Shown here: one piece after another, positions 11,880 through 25,115 of the stretch
Position numbering within the stretch: the first letter of the stretch is position 1
Layout of the letters: each line of letters opens with the position of its first letter
NCBI GenBank assembly: GCA_003344405.1
Contig: NOWV01000319.1
Span: forward strand, 1-49,080
DNA from: Trichoplax sp. H2
Lineage: Eukaryota
Reading direction: 5' to 3'
DNA: 49,080 nt
Notes under the pieces: generated by a model
Database searches by the model: none
What the model was told of the DNA's origin: nothing
Seen by the model: only the letters and a program-made list of their open reading frames with translations
Translations under genes and position numbers: made by a program

Positions 11880-14490
11880 AGATTTGATCTGATAAAAGAA
11901 GCTTGTATCGACAGTACGGGAGAAAGTCGAGATATGATTAAAAATATTTTGCGATATTCAATTGTACAATATCCAAATGAAATAATAAACTCATTTAACA
12001 AATAACTATAGTAAGAGTTAACGTTATACTCGAACCATGGACTATAAAATAATGTACATGAAATCTTTAAGATGATGCGGACTATAAATTAGCTTAACAT
12101 TAACTTTTTCTATTTGTCAATACTATGTTAAATTCGCTTTCATTCCATCGATTCGATAGTTTCTATCTACTACATATTCTATCAAATTTTTAAAATTTTA
12201 TAATAGAAGCTTTGGCATACCGTATTGTATCTATTAATGAATGCATTATTTTATTAAATTGTTCCTATGCTTTAAAAGATAGTATACATCTACATTTAGA
12301 ATAGATTGTGATTTGAGATGTTTTTATAAAAAGCTTTTTGCTACGTCATTGCCTAGAGTGAAATCTCTATGTGCTGGTTGCCAGCATGATTAGTTCATTT
12401 TAATTTATCATAGCTCGAACCTTTTTATAACCTTATTTAAAGCAGATTATTACAACTTTAATTTCAAGTAAGACTACCATTAACGATTATTGCATATTAC
12501 ATTTTTATTCATTATTAATTTATATCAAAACTCGTACCGTAATGCGTAACAATAAAAATTTTCGCGAATTTTTCGTAGACGAAACGCGATGAATATTGCT
12601 ATAAATAGCTTCAACTGACGCATTCACTATTGGATTAGGTACTATAGCTTAATAATTATTCGACGCAATTATTATTTGTGGTTTATGCAGTTATATGACA
12701 GATGATTTACAAATTCGTTATGTGAACAGAAATATGCTCATATAGTCGGAATTATTGCCAAACTTTGCTCATACTGCTTTGCCTTGCCAAATTGTGTAAT
12801 GCCTGTATTAGCACAGATTTGATCAGTGAATTCTAATTAAATAAAAAGTAATACAAAATCATTTTAAATATCTGAGCAGTTTAAACTGATGCAGTAAGAG
12901 ACTACTGGCTCAAAAATGTTTCTTTTTTTAAATTCTGAATTAAGCATCGATCTAAAAGCTTACAAAATTCTATCGATAATATGTCTAAGCTAGTCAAGAA
13001 AACACTAATGAAGATATTTAATTGAACTAAATCGCAAACAACAAATAAATTAATCATGATTTACTGACGTTTGCGAACATATTATCACAAAATAATAACT
13101 GTTCTTAGTCGCAGTGATACAACGAAACAAAATTAATAGATATTTAAAAACGATTTTGTGTACCATTATATTTCTACAGTCGAGTGTGCGTTAAGATAAC
13201 AATAATTTTAATACAATAGTGGTAAATAAGTATGAATTATGTAACACTAAGATATATATTATTTTCAATATCAAATTATTTCCAAACTGAAAATTGCTAA
13301 AATGTATATTTAACTAAGATTTTGATTGCCTTACTTTCTGGATCTAGTATATGGAAGTATGAGTGATTTCGTTTATACTTAAATATTGAAAATCTATCAT
13401 AGATCCAATTTATGAATTAGGGTCACATAGTATAATGGTATTTTATCCACTAAAAAATTGCTACTAAGAGCTCATCTAAGAAATAAATTTATTATACGCT
13501 AAGATTTCAGAAATTCTTATTATTCCGTGATATTAAAAGCTTTGTCAACAAGGTCTGATAGCTCTAAACTAAAAATTGCATTGATCAATCTATCTATAGA
13601 TTTAGAGGTATGATAATTTAGAGGTAAGTATTTGTAAATTGGTAAAAATGTTTCAAGTAATTATGTTATGAAACCAATCAAAAAAAGGCTCAATTATGTT
13701 TATCAAAATTCATAATTTTACATATGTCATAATCTATTGTTTCAGAAATGCGCAAGTGGGTGAAATATTCTTTGTTATGCAATGGAATATGTAGATTTCA
13801 TTCCTTGTAAAGCTCTTACGGTATTTTCTTTAAGATTTTCTTAGCTAAAGCTTGAATGCTGATCTAAATTTTATTATAGATATTTGTCCGTTACAAAAAG
13901 AAAATGATTACATTACCATTCTATAAAAGAATACTGTTACTATGAGCATTAAAGGGGCGTTTTATCTTTTAAATCAAATAGATACCTAATTTTTTAGATG
14001 ACAACTGTACTCTATTGAGTTTAATAATAAAGTTAAATTCTTATTTATTTTCATAACCACGTATAAGTGCTACTGAAAATGCACTATGGTCGTCGTTTAG
14101 TATGATAATTTTGTTGGTACTTCGATAGGATATGGTGTTCTTATTCTAATGATTAACGCATCGATGAATTAATAGACCTTGCTCTAGAATTTTAAGTAAG
14201 TGAATCAAGTAAAACAAAAAATTATATTATCCATTTTTTATAGATACTGTTGAAACTTAAACTTTGTTCCAATAACGCTTAACTCGGTTTTAAAATCTAA
14301 AGTTTGTCAGATTTATTGTAAATATTAAGATTTAGCTTTATTGAAAGAGCAAAAAATATAAATTTTCTATGTTGTCGGAGCATATAAGCCCTTGCCTCAA
14401 AACTTTCCAGTTTTAAAATGGTATATATGTTCCGACATTTTCATTACCAAATATACAGCCTGTATGATATAAAAGTACTTATTAAGGGTG

Positions 14491-15118
14491 CGTTACGAGC
14501 TAGGAATAGCCCTTATTTGCAGCAGGAGTTGAGAGAGTATTTTCTAGCCAACCTACTGTTATTTGGAATACCTGTCATTTGGCATTCCTAAGCAGGTAGG
14601 ATTAACACGGCGAGAACCTCAAACTTACTAGAAAATTACAATCTAATTTATTATCGACGAAGACGCCGCTTATGTAGGTTTCGGTACCTAAAATCGCTTT
14701 TACTACACAAGTCTCCTCGTCCATTAGAAACTAAATAAATTAATTGTCCGAAGAGCCTCTTTCAATATTAATTAAACTTAATCCAATCGTATTAAATTTA
14801 CTGCATCAGTATCGAATTAATTTATTCTTAATAATAGTTTAGCAAACACATATAAGGCTATCCTACTAAGATATTTCCTCTAAACTTAGAAAATCTACTT
14901 TAAACTTTAAAAACCTTGAAGGTGATAGATACAATCCTGTTAAACTATCTGGCAATTACTATCTTAGTCTATCTAATGCTAAGGTAAAGATTCCTAAGAT
15001 ATCAACTGTTAACCACTGAAGTTATAATTAAGGAGACCGTAAACATTTTTGAGATATAAACATATCTAGAAGGTAACATAGAAATAAAGTACACATCATG
15101 TAGATTACTTTCGTAACA
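14491..15118. mobile_element. Candidate solo LTR (628 bp)
   Basis: Inverted ends (C)GTTACGA...TCGTAACA; flanks GGGTG/GGGTA (4/5). Single copy in the window. Confidence 0.6.
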
Positions 15119-18100
15119 GGGTAATAAAGTAATTGCTATGCAACGAAAACATAGTAGTCATAGAAATCTGAACGTTTAAAAAATCTACCAAAGATACGCG
15201 CTGAGGATCAGTATGTTTATCATTTCCTCTTTGCAAAGAAATTGAGTAGAGCATATACCTGTATACTCATAACCGGTGGAATCTTCTTGAAAAATAGTAT
15301 AAGCCTAACCTTTTATGCATAAAATGCTGCAGCTTGTGGATAATACATCTTAGAAAATGAAATGACTTATTTAAATTGGTAACTGTAGCATTGAAATTTA
15401 AAAAAAGACTGTCGGTATCAAAGCGATAATTTTTATAAATATTTCAAGCGTTTATTATAGATAGACTAATTATATTTGAATCTATCGAAACTGATCATAA
15501 TTTTACGATACGTTAAAGTGAGTGCTCATTTACTGTATATTTAAACTTGAATCTCAACATCTAACGATATTTTTTGACTCTTTTCTCCACCTATGACTAA
15601 TTCATTTTGCTCTCTGTAATATTCACTACCTACGCAACGAAGAATTAAAATCTTAGTAGAAAATTAGTATTGTTGTTATAGAGATGATTAAAGAATTTTA
15701 CTATACAATCCTGCACTATGCATCATTCTGATACATAAATCTACTTTTTCATAATGCATCTAAGGCATATTTGTACATCAACATATATTTACTATTTTCC
15801 AGAATTTGTACATTATCTTAATTATGAGCTACTTAAATATATACACTTTACCGCAAATTATAAAATTATATACAATATTTGAAGAATAGTTTTTAGTTAT
15901 CACGCCAATATTTAGCAAGATACGCATTACTAACTATCTATTTTTGCTCTAGGAATTCATTTTGACGAAGAAAAGATAACTTTTGCTGAAATTAGCGAAT
16001 GAAAACTTTCTCAGTAACTACTGCATGTTACTGTTTTACCTTAACGTTAGGATAGTCTAATGAGTACAGTAGTAGCTGTCGTTACAGCGATATAATAACT
16101 TGATGATAATTGTCTAGATCAGTATGTCTTATCTATCGTAACTTGTTACAATATGGTAATGGCCATAATGTAAGAGTATTAGATAGTATACGAATAATTT
16201 ACGCAGCTAAAATGCCTTAATCATGCGGTGCTAAAACTCAAATAAGGTATTGGACGCTGCGCAAGGAAGCTTATATATAAAAGAGATGCTGTAAAGATAG
16301 ACGGGGAGTTAGGAAAGAAAATTAGATTAGATCCACAAGAGACTCAGAACAATAATAGCCAAAATAAAAAGAAAAAGAAACATAAAACCCTTGTTTTAGT
16401 GAGTTTGGATAGAATTACATGCACGCTTCCACAAAGTGACCAAGTTCACAACAGTAGCTATATGGAAGATACCCATATCTGTAGTGCAAGGTAAGATAAG
16501 TAATACCTTAACGTGGATATTACTTGTAATAGTTTATTGAATATCCGATATTGATTGTTAGTATATTTAGATAGCAGTAAGATGATTCAAGTTCTGGCTA
16601 TTGATAGTTGAATTAGACAACATACACGCTTAGATTAAGATAAAGTATGAGTAAGTGATTAAAAATATTTACTGATAGAAAAGCTATGTAAGGAACATCT
16701 CAGTTCGAGATGCCCCTCCTAGTAAGGTGTAATACTAATACCATTCTTGTTTACAAATTAGATGGTTTCTATGTCAACCGAAACGTTTGAGTTGAGTTGT
16801 GAGGTGGAAAGTTGTAGATGTGTCTGTACTAATAAAAGTTCTATCTTTACGGCACTATTCTGTGTGTGTTAAACTTTTAGTTCAAGGGCATTTAAGTCGT
16901 TACTTATCCGACTTTTACTGTAAGTTTCCTTGTTGCTGAGCTGAATTTGTGACACTGTAATACCGTATGTCAACCCGATTAGCTAATTTAGCCCTTTGCA
17001 AAACTAGATTATATTTCGGATCTATTAGTTCCCACCCTAATTACATGACTTAATGTATGTTAATACCATGATATTTGATTTAAAAATTCTACTCTGGATA
17101 AAACCATTTCGTTTTCATTAATTTTAATATATTATCGAAATAACTTATACTGGCGCTATACTGGCATAAATTTTCAAAGACAATGGCAAACTGACATTAT
17201 GCACTTTTACTCCATAATCTATTATCTAACGGAACCGATATAAATTCTTATTAAAATGCTGCGTTTACGTAATGATTAAAACTATAAATACGAAAAATTA
17301 TTAACTTCTATTTGAATTTGAATTTTAGAGCAAAGGTTAGTGTCAGTGTTCAAGTCTGGGACCCAAATGATATAGCATGAAAAGTTTTGTTTACTTTGAT
17401 ATACTACCACGTCTACACACTGTGTGGTATTGATTACCATGACTGGCTTGAACAATTAAGGTCTGCTGCCGTCGTAATGTTTGTATTTCGCAATTAGTGG
17501 TAAAATTGCGATACAAAAATAAAACTGCGGTATCACTAGCAACAGTTACTGCGTACTGAAACTTAATCTTACTACATTATAAAAGATAATTCAGTTTTAA
17601 ATAGATTCAATGAAAAGAATTCGTACTTGTATTAAGAAATCGAAATACTAAGAACGGTCTTAACGCTTTTTAAAATAACAATTATTTAGAGGCTATAACT
17701 ATACATAACAATGAAAAAATTATTTAAATGCGTTATTTTCTTAAAATTTATTTTTGCATTTGTAGTATGTTGTCTTTTTATTGGCTGCTATAATGAATTC
17801 TTCTGCCATATAATCTGGTAATTAATTACTATTAATACTAGTAGCCTTATATCCTTTTATAATGTAATTGTTATCCCATAAGAATATGTAATTACCTATT
17901 AGTTTTAAGACAGATGTCAGCGCATGTATCTTATGTGGTATGATGTCTAATTAGCACTTAAGACAAATTAAAGTTCAATTATATGGTATTTTTTGTCAAT
18001 ATTCTGATATGAAACATTTAAAGTCAAACAAAAATATTCTTCAAACTGTTACTATCTGGCCTGACTCGATGGAATAGCCTAGTACATAATAATTGGAGTA

Positions 18101-18550
18101 CGTTACATGAAATATAAAAGTCGGCATAATTTAGCTTCGATTCTCAACGTAGCTCTTATTCATTTCGTTTATAAATCGTAATCTTATCCATTTCAGAAAC
18201 AGTTTAATATCAGAACTAAGGCAAACATGTAAAACTTTAATATGTCGCATATTGTAGTTATTACTTAAGCGAAATTATATAATCTTTCTTCAGCTTCATT
18301 TTCAACTTATCACCCTGGAATTTCTTAAACTTATTCATTACTTAACTTCTTCATACAATCGAACCCTACTGCAATGATGTGATAAAGTGATCTTCAAAAC
18401 AATAAATCAAGAACTACAGTTTCTTGCAAATTTCACTTTATTACAGAAGTTAGGTTCGTCTAACAAACAAGGACTATCTGACTATCTGACAATCTACTTA
18501 TTATAGCAAAATTCACGATTTATATACGATTAGTTACAGAATGCTTTTAC

Positions 18551-18851
18551 TGTAGCAAATCTTATCTTGCCCATTAAGTCGCAAGATCAGATCTAAATTT
18601 ACTATCGCGCAATCTATTCATAATTCGCGCGTCTATTACAATACAATACTTACAGTACTAACATACTTAGCGCAAATGTACAGTATATCTCAAGTCTTTA
18701 TATAAACATCTTAATAGATTCGCTACAATACGTCCTGTAAACATCTTCTACAAATAGACTCTTACACAATCTTACACTCTAGCTTACAAGTTAAGTTATT
18801 CTCGTACAGTCTTATAATAGTAATCTAAGCTATACTTGGGGCTGCACTACA
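18551..18851. repeat. ~300-bp old repeat (family D) with TGTAG...CTACA ends; diverged relatives at ~28680-28974 and ~45597-45890
   Basis: Shared blocks aligned by eye (caatctattca; tataaacatct; cttacacaa.ctta; tgg.gct..a). No TSD preserved. Confidence 0.6.
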
Positions 18852-19108
18852 AACGATTAAGATTATTTGTCAATTTAACACATTCTCGTATTCCAAATTA
18901 TTTTGTTGAAACTCTATCAATTTTATTTTGATTAAACGTTTAGCAGATCTAAAATTATTTCTTCTTCTAGTGATAAAAGACACTCACAAATTTTTCAACA
19001 ATGAACAAATAGGAAGTTGTAAAAGAAATAAGAACGTTTTTACTATTTTAGCATACGTCAAAAACCTCGAACTCGAAGCCATTAACTTATTTTTATCTCT
19101 ACAATGCT

Positions 19109-19808
19109 TGCTATAATGCCACTAATATATGATTGCAAAGTCCTAGTTGTTCTTTTGCTCGATTTTTTGGTATTTTGGGATATTATGTTCCAGCAGTTAT
19201 TATGCTATTAATTTCAATCGATCGATATAAATGTATCGTATCTTTGCACGGCCGAAATCGCTCAACCATAAGCAAAGCTAAACTTTCGATAGCAATATCG
19301 TGGATCATCAGATTCATAATAGCGAACATTGCGATTAGCCGATCCTCAAAACTCTTTGACCCTAATAACTTTGGAATTTTCACTAACGTTTGTTTCTTTA
19401 GCGATTTATATGACGATGTATTTCAAGTTCTAACTGCATGTGGTTTTTATTATCATATTGGTATATCTTATTACTATAGGATTATATATTAATATCATTT
19501 TCCATATTCGACGATCTCGTAACTTGATCACTAGTTTCGGTGCGACATCATTCAATGTTAGAACCAATATTGAAACCCGTTTCGGTATCATTACCGGATT
19601 TCTAGCTATGACTAATTTATTAAGTTGGCTACCGAGTTTACTCTTCTTTATAACTCAAGTAGCGAATGTACCATTTTTAAAATCTTACCTTGGCTATCAT
19701 ATTACAGTAGTTGGCTACTTATTTCTGTATGTAAATTGTTGTAAAAATCCTATAGCATATTCAGTAATGACGTCCAGAGCATATCGCAAACGTTGCTCTT
19801 GCTTTTAA
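19109..19808 (+). pseudogene. 5'-truncated, frameshifted GPCR paralog
   Basis: Starts at CYNATNI*LQSPSC, where the conserved W is now TGA. Continues through ISIDRY, has a frameshift at ~19445 joining ORFs 19133-19492 and 19440-19808, then SWLP and NCCKNPIAY. TM1-TM2 were not found upstream. Confidence 0.9.
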
Positions 19809-20447
19809 TTCTAGAGGTGTGACCATGAATGTAGTAAGACTGTCACTTATTTTGTAATATCCATCAGTAAAATTCGATAGCAATATTGAAAATATTACGT
19901 TGCATTCCTAATTTTAACTTGAGTTAAATAGTAAAATTATACATCTACCGGCAACATCGTTTTCAATTCACGTTCTAATAAAATTTAATCTTACGAATTA
20001 AGCTAACTGACGGATTTAGATAGTAATCTAAAATTGCTATAGACTTCTTAGTAAATCGATTCTGAAAAAATAGGACTGAAGCCAAAATTAAACTATCCTT
20101 GTTAAATGTTGCTTAAATCATTTCAAATCATCGGTAGTATAGAAAAAGTTTCTTATATTAATTAATAGTATTTCATGTTCATGCAATAAAAGACAATAAA
20201 GTCTTGTAATAAGTTCAATTAGAAAACATCCTTGGTTTTTTCTCAGTTGAACAAGATAACTTTTCAGAATTAGTTCCTTCATTAAACTACTTAATACCTG
20301 TACAGTAATTATTTATGAAATCTGACTAAATTATAAAATATATTAGCTATTTTGGAATCGAGAGTAACGAATATTTAACTTTTAATAAACATCAAACAGT
20401 CAATCAGTTTATGTGATAAAATACAGAGTAGTTTTTCATAAAGTTAG

Positions 20448-20627
20448 TGTCACAAGTTTTATGACTAGGAAATGAGAAAGTCTAATTACCAAGTCGTCTT
20501 ACTGGTTCAGGGCACTAAGATCTGTCTTAAAAGCACTTGATAACAGTTATTGCTAATTTTACAGATCTTCAGGGATTTGTGTCTTTGATTTCATGTTAAC
20601 CCCCTAAATATTGCTAACAATTTCACA
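20448..20627. mobile_element. Candidate short solo LTR/TRIM-like element (180 bp)
   Basis: TGTCACA...TTCACA flanked by GTTAG on both sides; single copy, so a chance match is possible. Confidence 0.35.
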
Positions 20628-23600
20628 GTTAGAAAGGCTGTCGTAATTAAGATTAGCTCTGGAGCAGAACTGTAATATGCAGAAAAATTTTTTAGAGTAT
20701 TCTTGATTAGGCATTAGTCGGCAATATTAGACTCAGTAGCGCAAGATTTGCTAAATATTGACAGATTATACCGTACTAATTATACTTCCAATTAACTGTT
20801 AAAGGTTAACTAGTTAAGACTAATATATCATCAAACTAAGATTAATTTGTTGGTCTAGGATTTATGCCGTGTAAGAGCACTACTATTATCAGAAACTTCC
20901 ATATGTACCCTCTATTTCTAAGAATTATTTTTGAATGGTATCTTAAGTTCTGAATTGAAAGCAATGAATATAAATTGGGCTGAGATAGCTCCGGAGGAAA
21001 TCTGCAAAGTTCACCAGGTTTAATGCTTAATTTTTTTCTATAGCAAACTACAGTTATTGCAGCGATAAGTCTAAGGCAGTCTAATTTACGTTTATTGGGT
21101 AGCATATATTCAATAAAGCGGATATTATTAACCAAGCAGCGTGCCATGAATTTGTAGTTATTTATCGTAACTAGCTGTCTGTAACTGCTGGAAATTCAAT
21201 GGCAACTGTGAAGGACCACTAAACTTTGTTCTCTCCCTGTATTAAAATAGCAATTAACGACATAATTTTTATCCTTAAGTATTTAAGAACTTAAAAGTCA
21301 TAGGGTGATGCAAAATAACTTATATGATTACCGTAACCTTAGTCTTTTTTGCAAGACATGAGTTAAATTTAGAATCAGAAGATCATTAAAACTTAATCTC
21401 CGCCAAGAGACGAAGAGTCTGTAACCTGGTAATAATTAGAATTACCCTTTGGGGGCTAGTTTATGAACTAACATTTCAGATACTGATCTAGATTTTTATC
21501 ATTGAGACTATCTTTAGATCAGTCTGTTTAACATTACTATAGCTTGCTACAATCGTTACTACTTAATATTAAAGCGTTAATCCTTTAAATATATAGATTT
21601 TTCGCAGTTGATTAATGAATAAATTCATCGAGTTTGTCAATAACAATTATAGCATATTAACAGTACTTTAATAATATGTCAAACTGCTAAACAAATTGGT
21701 ACGCTTTTCTTAGCTATAACCGCAAACTTGATCTACAATTACAGTGCTTCAAATAGTTTCCTAATACGTATAAGCTCGCTTTGAGCTTCTTATATAGAAA
21801 AATGTATGGCGTTTATTACTGCAATTTATCGATCCAAGACATTAAACTCATCAGTAAGCACCGATAGCGCAATAAGTCTGAAACTGCATAGCAGTTGCTA
21901 CTTTCAGTTGCTTAGCCAGTTAGTTAATCAGTTAGTAGTAGATGGTGTTAAAGCTATGCCGTAGTAACATCATCACCAATCTTAGAATATTCCTAGCATT
22001 GCCACATTACCATAAATATAATTAAATTTCAATAATAAAGCGATAGAATTGAAATAATAATGATCATGTAGTAGTCGTTATAGAAATAAGGTAATGACGA
22101 AATTAATTGAATATACTTATATGTAGAAAATTGATACATTCTTTAGATCATTAGTAAGTAATATGATACAAATTTAATTTAATTATCATGGTACTAAAAT
22201 GGCAGAAAGACGATACTATTGATGATATGGCATTTTCATTCGTTTCGACAGCGTTTTGAAATTAAGACGTAGTTGATAAATGTGATCTGAGATAAAACAT
22301 GCAATAATGTCATAAATCTTATCCATTTAACACTACCAATAAACTAATTTGTTCTAATAAAATAAATTAATGCAGACAGCATTTGTAAATAATGCATTAT
22401 TACAAAAAAGAAACTTATCTTCGAAAATTGTGCACACCCACTTCCGGCTATTATTAGCATTGTCGCTACTAATCAATACTGATATAACAAGATTTTCGTC
22501 AACATAGTAGGGCACTATCGTATTTTTCGCCCATACATAATTTATAAAGCAATATTTTATTGTATAAAAGTAGGCATGAAAGTGGGTATGAAAACATAAT
22601 ATCAATTTAATAAATATTCGCATTAGCTATCAGACCTTGCATTCGTGCTTGGAACATCTATAAAGAAATTGTTGTGACTATTATAGTAACCGTATTACGC
22701 ACTGAAAAGAGTATGATTATAATTGTATTTGTTTTACTAGACTTATGGTCGGCCAGATTAGGCTTAGTCGTAAGTCAATCAGTACACGAGTTACAGTCGT
22801 TATAAATCGTAAATGCTTAAGTTGCAAGTTAAGAATAAGTTGGAAAAATTAGAGGCACTGGAATAGTGAATCAGTAATTGAAATAAAGGTAAATTGTATA
22901 AATATAATCATATGTGTGTGTGTCATGGTAGTATTGTCGGAGTACATTAAGAATTTTCCTATTACTTTGAATATAGTATTGCTAAAGAGTAACAGAAATT
23001 TCAATGGAAATTGCCAAATAAGTTAGAATAAAATACCGTACTTTAATTAACGTTCTTGTCACAAAATATGGTTTAGTAAATAAGTATCGGAATTTAAAAT
23101 TATAGAGTGTGGTGCTTTAAATTGTAACCCAGCACTTTCATTAGAAAACACTAGTCTAATGCTTAAATTACTATCAGAATTTAAAATGGCGCAATACTGT
23201 ATCCTAGAATATGGTCTTCAACTTGTGGTACTGCATTTGCATTAAATTTAAAATGTTTCAGTACTTAGAAGCTGGCTATGCCATATCCCAGAACTTTTTA
23301 ATCTATGAATCGTTTGGTTTACTGGAGGAGCTTTAAGATACAGTATTTCTGTCGCTTAGAAGCTTTTACGCGAATAAATTTTTAGCAGATTTCCTATAAA
23401 CGCATTCGTGTCTACTCTTAAACTATAGCACAAAGTAAAACAGACTCCCATAAGAAAATAATTAATCCTAGTAAGAACTTTTTACTTGAACCCAAATACA
23501 CTTCTCGACAATTAACCAGCTCTGTCAGTCAAGCTGCACGTAAATCTTCAGTTTATCATTTATAATTCATTATCTACCGATAATCTGAAAAAGCGTTCTT

Positions 23601-24092
23601 TTTTAATACGGTGCTGACTTGATAAAATTCGCCCTGAGTTTAACAAATAAAAACCATCCTATGCGTTAACTATTAATAATCTTAATCATGCTTTTATAAA
23701 CTATGTAGAAGCTGTTTTAATAATTCATAACAATTTTCAATAGCCCGTAGAATATGTAAACCGATACTGTTAATACGATTGGCGTACGACTATTATGATA
23801 TTTTAAGTTAGCAACCAGACAATTTTAAATTAAATTTATTAAATATTCAAATTATTTAAGTAAAGTAAATTAAAAGCTTTAATATGTTCACTACACCTGC
23901 AAAAATACATTTTATGGTATTTGTAATAGCCGCAGCGACTGTTATAAAGAATCAGATTGATCGCCGACTAAATAGATAATTTTTAATTCTCTTACAAGCA
24001 AATTCTGTCTTAAACTTACAAAAATCTCTTCGAAACGATTTAAAATTAGTAACGTATTTCTGTTGAAAATCACTTAGGAAGTAAGAACTAAA

Positions 24093-25115
24093 ATGACTTC
24101 GGGCATATTACAAGGCATTATCGCGGCTTCTCTAATCTGTTGGATATTTGGTATAATTGGCGTTTTAGCAAACTTTTATGTCATATGTTCTTCTTTTCGA
24201 GCTTTTCTTAGTAAAAACGGGAAAAAATTTAGGTTTAATAAAATTCATACATTTTTGATAATTAATTTAGCAATTGCTGACTTTTTTGGTAGTTTATATC
24301 TTGTTGTTATTGCTAGTGCTGATCGTTACTATCTCTACTATCATTCAAACATATATCATTGCTACTTTCAATCATATTGTCATAACGTAACTAATATCTG
24401 GGTACTTACACCGACATGTTCATTTGCACGATTTTTGGCCAATATAGCAACTTTTTTGCCTACTTTCTTAACTTTGTATATTGCTGTCGATCGTTATACA
24501 ACTGTCGTCAAACCACATGGTAAATATCGCTTAACTCTCGATCACGCCAAAATTCTAGTAGTCGGAGCATGGATGATTGCTTTATCTGTAACAATTATTA
24601 GCAATATTCGTTCCGATCAGCTGTATGATCCGCATAATTTTAGGATATTTACAAATGTATGCTATTTTACTGATATATTGGATCCCGTTTTTCAAATTGT
24701 CGCTACAATCGGATTTGCTTTGGGTATACTGTTCTATATTGCCACTATGATCCTTTATATAGCTATTATTGTTTGTATTCATAGAGCGAGATATCGAATT
24801 TCCGATTTAGTTGTTCAGAATCGCTCAAGTCGAAGCCGAGCTCAAATGCGCTTAAGTATTATCACAGGTGTACTAGCTGTAACGAATTTTCTAAGTTGGT
24901 TTCCAAGTCTGGTAGTATTTATTGGCAATGCAATGCGATTAGAATTTTTACTATCTTATATTGGCTACCATCTCTCTATTATAGCATATTTACTGTTATT
25001 TGTAAATTCATGCATGAATCCTGTATGCTACACTATATTAATTTCTAATCATTCAAAACGTTTATGCCTTGGCAAAAAAACAAATTCGCATGCAAATATT
25101 GTGTTAGTTCAATAA
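24093..25115 (+). CDS. Intronless class A GPCR, LGR-like 7TM (paralog 3)
   Basis: 340-aa ORF; GVLAN, HTFLIINLAIADF, IAVDRY, SWFP, NSCMNPVCY. Confidence 0.96.
   Translation: MTSGILQGIIAASLICWIFGIIGVLANFYVICSSFRAFLSKNGKKFRFNKIHTFLIINLAIADFFGSLYLVVIASADRYYLYYHSNIYHCYFQSYCHNVTNIWVLTPTCSFARFLANIATFLPTFLTLYIAVDRYTTVVKPHGKYRLTLDHAKILVVGAWMIALSVTIISNIRSDQLYDPHNFRIFTNVCYFTDILDPVFQIVATIGFALGILFYIATMILYIAIIVCIHRARYRISDLVVQNRSSRSRAQMRLSIITGVLAVTNFLSWFPSLVVFIGNAMRLEFLLSYIGYHLSIIAYLLLFVNSCMNPVCYTILISNHSKRLCLGKKTNSHANIVLVQ

Noticed and set aside
16144..16530. LTR-like stretch starting TGTTACA (similar candidates at 3511-3760, 8188-8551, 22673-23063, 31390-31969)
   Set aside because: TG...CA-like ends but no convincing TSD or second copy; chance matches are likely in AT-rich DNA.
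19183..24782. Antisense ORFs 19183-19383 and 24582-24782
   Set aside because: Shadow ORFs opposite GPCR coding sequence.
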